The position numbers and the translations under genes are program-made. Below are positions 54,660 to 64,000 of a stretch of DNA of 64,000 nucleotides, in pieces; positions within the stretch are counted from its first letter, which is position 1; every line of letters begins with the position of its first letter. Where the stretch lies: assembly GCF_009914755.1 (NCBI RefSeq), contig NC_060929.1. One strand, written 5' to 3'. Source of the stretch: the human T2T-CHM13v2.0 reference genome, Homo sapiens. A model generated the notes under the pieces. The model did no database searches and had not been told where the DNA came from. It saw only the letters and a list, made by a program, of their open reading frames with translations.

Positions 54660-55138
54660 TGTGTATTACTCAAGATTCTCTAGAGGAACAGACCAATGGG
54701 CTCTAACTTATCTATCTATCTATCTATTATCTATTATCTATCTATCATCTATATATGTACATATATAACTATATCTATCTATACTGAGAATTATAAGGAA
54801 TTGGCTTACATGATTGTGATGGCTGAGCAGTACCAAGATCTGTAGTTAGCAAGCAGAGACCCATTAACGCCTATGTTTCCAAAGACTGGAAAAGACCTTC
54901 ACTATTCCTAAAGACAGTCAGGCAGGAGAAGTTCCCTCTTACTCAGCCTTTTGTTCGATTCCATGTTCACATGATGGACTAAGGCACACCCACATTAGGG
55001 AGGACAAAAGACTTCACTATAATTCAAATATTAGTCTTATCCAGAAACATACTAACAGACACACCCAGAAAAATGTTTGGACAAATGTCCTATTACTCCA
55101 TGGCCCAGTCAAGTTGACATACAATATTAACCATTATA
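54660..55138 (-). mobile_element. MLT2B/C-like LTR with (TATC)n, inserted in LTR16
   Basis: TGTATTA.TCA.GATTCTCTAGAG.AACAGA; CAGACACACCCAGAA; TGGCCCAGTCAAGTTGACA.A.AATATTAACCAT. Confidence 0.85.
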
Positions 55139-55747
55139 ATACTACATCCTAACTTTTCTTTATACTTAGTCTGGCTTCTTGTCCTAGGCCTATAGGTGCT
55201 GATGCAGAGCACTCCTCAGATGCTCCCTGTGTGCTCATCCTTGTTTCAGAGTCTGCTCTCAGGGAAGCCAATTTGCAACAGCCAACAAAGCCCACTGGGA
55301 CAAATAATGCAAAATGGAAGAGAATCTATTAGTCTGTCTTATTATCTAAATATGCATTTATCTTAGAAATATATAACATATACACATGGATATAGTGTAT
55401 ACATAAGTTAGAAATAATATATATACAGTATATGATAGAAGCAGAAAACTGTTAAAATGGTAGAATGTGATTATAACAGGCAAGACTGGGCTCCAGCTGT
55501 TTATCTTTGTCTCTGTCTATCTGTCTATTTTTATTTTTTGTCTCCTCTTCTCTTTTTTAAAAGGGAGGTGGTTTGCACAATGGGAGCCACGCAACCTCTG
55601 TGGGAAGAGTTATTTTAACGCTGACCTTGATTAGAATTGCCATTGCATAGGTAGAAACATAAAGAAATAGCATTTTATACTGTTTGTTATCATTGTTGTT
55701 TTGTTTTGTTTACTTACTGCAAATAATCATTTTTGTCATCCATGGGC

Positions 55748-55910
55748 CAATTGTTCTTAAAGTGTGGGTAGCATAAGCATCATGTGGTAAGTTGTTGGAA
55801 ATGTAAATTCCTGGGTACCACTCTAGGCATACTGAATCAGAAACTCTGAGCATGAGGACAAACAAGCCCTCCTGGTGATTCTGATGAATGCTAAACTTTG
55901 AGACCACTGA
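55748..55910 (+). mobile_element. MER5A hAT element
   Basis: TTCTTAAAGTGTGG..TACTGAATCAGAAACTCTG..AACAAGCCCTCC.GGTGATTCTGATG..TTTGAGACCACTG. Confidence 0.8.
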
Positions 55911-57845
55911 TATAAATAATACACTAATTTCCTCATTATTTATTATTATTATTTTATAACTGCACTAACCTGTTTTTCCTTACCAAGATAGAATCACACT
56001 AGCACAATGATTAAATTATCATTTTTTACTCATCTATGCAAATTTGCAAGTCTAGGCAGAATACTATTATAAATTTATGTTCAACATGAAATTTTATTTT
56101 TCTGAACAAAAATAATAGAGATTCTTATATTTTAATGTAATTGGCAACATTAGTTGAGTTTCTTCAAACACATTGCAAATAATTATATAATACCTGTTTT
56201 TTTTATTATTTTCCAATTAGTGAATTCTAGCAATAAGGTTTTTTAAAATGGTTCATTATAATACATGTAATTATAGTCGGGTAAAGAAACACTACTTTCA
56301 CTAGCTATTAATATTACTTTGACTTGCAAAAAAGCAGCTATGCTAATTAAAGGAGAGCAATTAAAATTTTTAGTTTAGTAGTTCAAGTATCTTTGGCACA
56401 AAATGGAAACAGATATAGCTTACAGAGAATTTGGGGCCGGAAGTAGTAAAAGTATGCTTTAGTTCCACAGTTCTGATCCTGGGTTAATACTGTATAGAAC
56501 CACTAACAAAAAGGCAGAAAAAAAAATCAACTTTATTATCCTCTGGGAAAAAAAATTCATGCTGTGTTACATCATGACAAGCCACTACTACTGCATAGTA
56601 ATTGGGAGCCAATGGTGGGATCCCACTGTGACTAATCCTTGTTATTTTAGAGGTATTTTTCTGAGCCCCCAAATTAATAAAAATTTTAAAAAAATCTTGA
56701 CACATCATGTTAAATGGTCTTATTGAATCATTACACTGTTTGGGTTCTACTTATTTTTAGAAATGTCACAGAGTAAATCTTAATTCCTTTGATTTTTCCT
56801 TTCACACCATGCACTGATGCTTGTATTTCCTCAGGACTCACTCAGTTACTTTTAATTCTAATCCAACATACTTACATTTTCTCAAACTTTAGCAGGAGGG
56901 TTATTTTTCCATCCATGTTTTTACCTTTACCAATTATTGCTTCATATGTTAAAATATCTTTTCAGGTTTATTCATCTTTTAACACAATTAAAAGGTGAAC
57001 TACTTTTAATGTAGAGCCTGTGTGTTTGATTTTATTTTTCATTCCTTGTGTTCTTGGTTATTGCTAAAGATCCTTGTTTACATAAAAAAATTTGTTAAAA
57101 AGTAGGTTTGTCTTCATTCTCTCCAAAAGCATTTAATTATTATGATACAGACATTCTTATTTGTGGGAAGGTGACAGGATTCAGCATTTCTAAAACTGTA
57201 ATCCAGAAGCCAATTGATCTAACCAGAGAGAAGCAAGAATAGTGAGAAGAGCCATCATCATCATCACAGGTACAGAGGGGCTCCAGAGAGGCTGTAGTGC
57301 AATTAAATAGTGTTTTCTGATGCACAGGAGCAGAAAGGATGTCAAATGCTGTGTTTCACTTCTGAAGAATCTGCATGGAGCCCTAGGATCTCTTTGCCAT
57401 GATAAATAAGACTTCCACGTTTTGCACATAGATTTTTGACAAAGATTGAAAAATCATAAATAGTGCTGACATCATTATATATATAAATATATAATATAAT
57501 ATATATGTAAATATTGGCAAACCCCAAGGAAAATAATACATAATTCATATACCCCTTTTTGGGCCTCAAAAAATATTTTAAAAATTAAAAAAATTTTAGC
57601 TGTTCCTTACACTGACTTTCTTTCATAGTAACAACCACCACTCATGTTAGGCCCACTGAATAAAATTCCATATGTAAAACATTAGGCATATTATAAAGGA
57701 AATAAACATCTTAGTAAGAAAACTATATATTGCAAGTTTCAATGACTGGATCAGATCTGTAAAACAGCTTTTACCATAGAAGAAAACGTTTTCAAAAACA
57801 CAAAATATTCTGGGGGGATTGGGTTTTATCCCGGTTTAAAGCTGA

Positions 57846-58254
<409 letters not shown>

Positions 58255-59549
58255 TAATATTTTACTTTTTAAAAATAGGCAAGAAATGGCAAAGATGACT
58301 ACTTAAATATGGTACTAATGCTGTGCTACTTTCTTGAAGCAGTGCAGGTATTCTTGATGAGTGTAGAGACAATCTGACTTGGTATATTTTTTGGATCTTA
58401 TTTATGATTTGGAAGAAAACAAATATTTACCAATACATTTAGAATCAGAAAGGACTTTGCTGGTTGCCATTTTTAAAGTCAGGCCAGTAGCTGCAGACTG
58501 CAAGTATTTTTTCTGGTTTCTTTGCCACATTTTTCTGTCATCTCAGCCTTTGGAAAACTACCATCTGGGTCTTCAAGCTGTGTACTTATCAGTGGTAACC
58601 ACTGTGGATAGCAGAGGCCTTTGAGGCCTTTTTCTGAGGTTACAGCTTTGTTGACGGGGCTCATTTCTTCTAAACACTTGTTCCCTTCCTGATCTAACAT
58701 ATATTCTGACCGTCTAGTGTTGTGATCAACAGGGATTTGAAGGGTTATCTTGTTGTCAAAGATCGTGACTGTATCAGCTGTCTTGAAAGGACCTGGAGTT
58801 TACTGTCATCAGTTTCACCAGAATCCACTATTTCCTTGGACAGTTTTTACATAGACAGTGGATTCCTTGTCATAGTAACCTTATGCTAATCTCCTACACA
58901 ATTTAACTTCTATAGCAAATTTATGTGCTTATCATTCTAAATCTGCATCATTTTAAATGAAGTAAGTATAATGATTTTCACAGTCAATAAATCATATATA
59001 TTCTGTCACTTGGAGTTGCAGTAAGATGGGCTACCTGAAAGTTCCTAAAAGCTTGGAATCCTGAAAAGGCAAAATCTCATTATAATGATTTTAGTCCTGA
59101 AAAATTCTGATGTACTTACAAAATGTTTAATCCTGAAAGCAACCTTGATATTCTGTGCAATTCTATATTCTTGCTTTCTGTAGCACAGCAGAAACAATAA
59201 TGGGCTATTACCTGGAAATTGTTGTGGAGAGGATAAAATACATATATACCATCAAAGTAAGCATATTGTGGTGTCCAAATTTTTTTTGAAAGTATTTTCT
59301 TTTGGTAAACTGGCAATCTTTCTTTTTACACTGAATTGCTTTTTACTACACACACACATTTCACCTAACTTTTAAGCAACATTCTATTTTCTAATGTATT
59401 AGTTATGGAAATGGGATAAGATATTTTGTAATTATACATTATGTTATTATTGTAATACAAAATGGCTTTTTAAATACCAGTAATTCCTGAAGACTGTTTG
59501 TATTTTTCTCTTCTTGTAAATATTTTTTCAATATTTAGTAGTAGTATAT

Positions 59550-59682
59550 TCCAGGCACAGTGGCTCAAGCCTATAATCCCAACACTGAGGGAGGCAGAGG
59601 CAGGAGGATAGCCTGAGCGTAGGGGTTTGAGATCAGCCAGGGCAACATAGTGAGACCCCATTCTCTACAAAATGAAAAAAAA
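59550..59682 (+). mobile_element. Alu monomer (FLAM-like)
   Basis: Single arm ending GGGCAACATAGTGAGACCCCAT.CTCTAC-A tail. Confidence 0.85.
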
Positions 59683-61389
59683 GTTTGAACCAAATAGTGG
59701 TATATGAGGCAAATATATAACATAACTACCTTCATTAGGTAATTGGGAGTTTTGAATGTAAACATTGTTTTATTTATTTTTTTTTAGCTTATTTCTATGT
59801 TTTCATGTCTGGAAAAGCAAGGCATTTGGAAATTTGTCTTAAGGAAAAAGTAAAGCAATGTATCACTTCATACATTCAATTCAGATGTCAACCAAATTCA
59901 TAGTTTAAGTTTAACCACCTTGTCTTTAACGTTCATACTTCTTCAATAGATAAAGGGCAGAAATTGTGAAAACATGTATTTTTTAAAACTTAATGAGTTT
60001 AAAGAATAAAATAAAAATATTTTTCACAAAGTGTCTGATGCTATTTGTAGATTAAAGAACCCATAAGATATACTTTATTGTATGGAATGCTAATAAAGTG
60101 AAAATATCTTTAGCATGAGGAACATTTGGACTCTGAAGTAGTTTATTTTAAATTCCAGGTCAGTCACCATTGCAACACAAGGACCAACAATGCATTAAAG
60201 TTCTTTCCTTCCAGAAAGAATTTTGAATGAAGTGTTGTCCGAATGCTAGTAAACAAGATTGGCTGCAATGTTCTCACCAAGAAAAACAACATTAAAACAT
60301 GAACCCGTGAAGATACATAAGTGGCGTCCTTTTTTCTATAATAATGTATAGTTTCGTTATACAACGTGCTGTTGAATAAACACCAGGTAAGAGAATAAAT
60401 ATTTAACAATGACTTTGTGTTATTTAATACAGTGAATAACTGTATCCTATGTAATTTGATTTTAAGGCTGTAGCCATTTTAATACAGTATTGGTTTAAAT
60501 TGAAATCTCAGTTTTAGTAGGCTTATTACTAAGTATCAAATCTACCTTGATATGTAGGAACTAAAGCCATTCATTAAAAAAAATTATACATACTTAGAAA
60601 CTTAAAGGCAAATAATTTTAAACCAAAGTCTGACACTCAAATTATTTATTATAGTTGTATAGGCAATTCCTTGGGTTATTGTATTTTTTTTAATACAGTC
60701 ATACGTGATGGAAGCTTTTCTATATCTTATAAAAAACATTGTTGTAGAATTACAGGGGTAAAATTATTGTCTGCATTAAGCCTTTATTATGATGGATGAC
60801 AATGAAACTGGGTCAAAGGCAAATGAGTTTGCCAAATAACATGCTATTTGTAATCATGTTGAAAGATGGTCCCAGGACTCCTGAATCACAGCGAGTACCA
60901 TTTGTGCTCACAATTATAAATGCTATTACTTGAAACGTCTGAAGAAGAAGACTAGGAACAGAATAATATAATTCCTGTGTGTGGGCCAATATTTACATTA
61001 GCATAATAATGTTGACAGGTTTCTCAGCAATCTCTTAGCTAAGCACAAAACATTTACAACAAAGTGTTGATAGACCCAGAAATGGAAATCCCTTTGGAAA
61101 GCTCAGTGAGTGTCAAATTCCAGACAGAGCTAATATATTTCCGTGAGATCTGAGTCCACCATTTAAACCTCCAATTTTGAAAACACCATATTCATCATTT
61201 TTAGAGTTTAACAGTTTCATCACTGTCAAATACGTCATACTAAAAAATGGAAAATCAGAATCTTCAAAACACGTAGAATTCATTCAATTCAACAATGAAG
61301 CAGCATTTATTTCAATGCAGCCTGGTGGAGCAAACCTTGCTAAACTTCAAGAAAGAGGTAGGTAAAGCACCTGCCAAATGGCAGTTCTA

Positions 61390-61555
61390 TTACTTAGAAA
61401 GTAAAAATCAAAGGGCATTCTCAGAAATGCAGACCCCCAAGATCTAACCACAGAGATTCGGTTTAGAAGTGGGGATCAGGAAACTGCAGGTTTAATAATA
61501 CATTTCAGGCAATTCTGATGGAGATGGACAGGGGTCACTCCTTGAGGAATGCTTT
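61390..61555. mobile_element. MER5-like fragment
   Basis: AGAAATGCAGA.CCC..AGAGATTC..CAGGAA.CTGCA..TTTAA..CAGG.AATTCTGATG. Confidence 0.5.
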
Positions 61556-61652
61556 GTGATCTCAGTCTATTTAAGTCAAAACAACGAGCCCCTAGATGCT
61601 ACCTATTCCTCCATTTATCAGTTTTCTTTGCCTATTCATACCTATCTTACTC

Positions 61653-61705
61653 AGGATTTCTGAAAGTGTACATATTTTTAGGATTTCTGAAAGTGTACAT
61701 ATTTT
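61653..61705. repeat. Perfect 26-bp tandem duplication (period 27)
   Basis: AGGATTTCTGAAAGTGTACATATTTT twice. Confidence 0.95.
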
Positions 61706-63898
61706 GTAAAGCTGCCTGATAATTGATATGGGCAGTAATTGATAACAGTGTATGATAGAAAGGAAAATTTTTATCTCACATGGAACATGGCTGAGAGAGG
61801 TCTAGAAAGAGAGATAACGGCAACATAGAGCCTGAACACATAATATAGAGGGAAATAAATTCATAAAGTATTACAGACATTGAGCAAAGGCCTCCTCATA
61901 TCTACTTTGAAACAGGGAAACAAAAACCAGAGATCCTCTCAACTTATCTATTGCAATGGGTCTAACAGATTGTGTTAGGAAAAGTAAGTTAGAAGGAGAA
62001 GGGAAAGAGATCATAAATTTGTTTTTTACCTCCTCTATTTGGTCTAACCTAAATATATGTACATATTTTCATTACTTTAAAAACCAGTGATGGAAAATAT
62101 ATAATATATATAATAAATAGGCTCCATATACCTAGGTCTAAGAATGTTTTAAACCTCCATATATTATGTGTAGTTCATTGCTTTTCTAATAATCAGTAAC
62201 ACTCAATTTCAAGTGAGTTAAAATGCCTTAATATTATATATCACTTTTAACTTACAAAGCCTTTTAATATGTGTGTAAATCACAGTGATAAACACACACA
62301 CAATATATATAACATATATATGTCAAGTCATGCTTTAAGGTGTTTCTAATTAAGCTAACAAACTATTGAAAAAGACTGTTAAACAATAAAATGTAATGAA
62401 ATAAACAAGATTTATATTTAAAATATTTAATAACCAGTGGTTATTGGCCAATCAGAATAAATGACATCAACACTTCAAATTCAAATATTAACTAGATGCA
62501 TATTACTTCACAGCTGTAAAGAATTTTTTTTAAATAAGAGAAAACAATTGTGTGATTTGGAAAAAAATTAAGAAGATTGTAAGAAAAAAAGGACAGTATC
62601 AAATTGGAACAATGGCAAAATAATATGAACAAAATCATAAAATCATTAAAGGTCCATGTATGTTTCAGAAACACATTTTGTGTGGATTTCTGTCATATTG
62701 TGTGTGAGTGGCTACAAATGGCCATAAGATCATACTAAATTTTTATTGGATGCTCATATTAGCCTCAGGGGTAGAGAGGGCAAATCCTGTGTGAGGAAGA
62801 ATGTTTATGGCTCATGTTTTGTATATCCATGGAAGCAAAGTAAAAGAAAACATAAATAAAATGAATGATGAGAGTTACACTTCCTGCTTCTTCACACCCC
62901 ATCATTGACCTCCCTAGAAGAGAAAGGATAACTGACTTGATGTGGAAGACTAATTGGGAGAAAGACTCTTTCTCTCTGCAGGTACTTTTCAGTTTCTCTC
63001 TTTCATTCCTGCCAACCTCCTGGCATGCTATGCTCTACTGTTTTTCCAGGACATAAACTTATTGAATCAGACTTTGTCCAAGGAAGACTTGCAGGTAACA
63101 ATTTAGTTGACTTTAAATAATGAGAAATTGCTTGCATATCCAATTGGAGGAGTTTCTAAAGTTATTTTAACCAATTATCATTGTCATTATTATAAGTTAC
63201 ATTTTAATAAACATTTATCTCCTCTCATATTCTTTATTGAATCAGAACTAGAGAAGAATGAAGTAATGTTACATATTGATCCCTGAAAACTGCAACAAAA
63301 ATGAAGGAATAAACTACCCAAGGGCATACATCCTGTAATCCATAAGGACTGAACCTGAGCCCAAGTCTCCTGCTTTTGCTTGGTAGGCAAAGAGATGAAA
63401 GGTTTGTGAAGCAATAAATCCATATAAATTACTCACCAAAGATGACTTTATATCCTGCCAAGGCTTCATTCAGGGAAAAAAAAAAATCAGATTTACAAGT
63501 ATCATCCCAAATCAAAAAAGTAGTTTTAATATATGCTCAAAGTCAGAAGTAATATCGGCCTCTCATATATAGTATTTTGATTTAATTAACAAATGTAATT
63601 ACAAATAGCCACAACAAGGTCTTTAGTAGTTAAGACCTCAAAACTTTAGAAAATATTTAAAGACAATTAGATTTTAGGGACTAATACTAATACATTTCAC
63701 AGAATATTCCTAAGGGAACATGAAAACTTCTGCTTCTAGCCTTTTTTATGTGATTTCACTGTAACTGTCAGTGTTTGTGACCAAAATTAAATTTGTGATC
63801 AAAATATATGTATATACACATGAATACACACACACACTTACGTGTATATATGCATATATACACACGCATATACAAATGCATATGTATCTGTTTACTCT

Positions 63899-64000
63899 TG
63901 ATAAAAGAAAAACTTCAGCTGAACTAAATTTAAAGTTTAATTGAGCAACGAATGATTCGCGAATTGGGCAGCCTTCCAAGCCCGGGTAGGCTCAGAGACT
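63899..64000 (-). mobile_element. MER57-like ERV1 LTR 3' end (continues beyond window)
   Basis: TG.TAAAAGAAAAACTTCAGC.GAA.TAAATTTAAAG..TTTAATTGAGCAA.GAA.GATTCGCGAAT.GGGCAGCC. Confidence 0.7.

Noticed and set aside
56433-56444. ETS motif CCGGAAGT as promoter
   Set aside because: Isolated motif, no CpG island or other promoter evidence.
57140-57430. GC-elevated unique stretch with short minus-strand ORFs
   Set aside because: No domain similarity or convincing splice sites; cannot assess conservation from sequence alone.
59040-59140. Repeated TCCTGAAA resembling MULE/Ricksha-type terminal repeats
   Set aside because: Only three short copies, no partner inverted terminus found.

Overview
AT-rich, CpG-depleted primate (human-like) genomic DNA, apparently intergenic or deep intronic. 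I find no credible protein-coding exon; the supplied ORFs are short chance frames or translations of Alu/LTR/simple repeats. The window is dominated by interspersed repeats: 14 dimeric Alus plus a monomer, MaLR LTRs (THE1/MST/MLT1), MLT2, L1 3' ends, MIR, and Tigger2/MER58/MER5 DNA transposons. Four endogenous-retrovirus relics are recognisable: (i) an ancient ERV1-like LTR-int-LTR at 12.6-16.6 kb with an env-TM remnant; (ii) an ERVL RNaseH-integrase-dUTPase remnant at 20.7-23.5 kb; (iii) a 7.1-kb minus-strand MER61-like provirus (tRNA-Arg PBS, PPT, CCCC TSD) nested in an older LTR at 26.5-34.3 kb; (iv) an LTR16-flanked ERVL protease-RT-RNaseH remnant at 48.7-55.3 kb. The most unusual structures not explained by transposons are a ~1.2-kb AT-rich quasi-palindrome (24545-25728), a nascent TTAAGTGG minisatellite bracketed by a 40-bp direct repeat (53029-53371), a tailless 33-nt U2 snRNA retrocopy with a 19-bp TSD, and several local duplication/template-switch scars. 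I found no evidence of a new gene system. Repeat subfamily names come from recalled consensus sequences and need RepeatMasker/Dfam confirmation.
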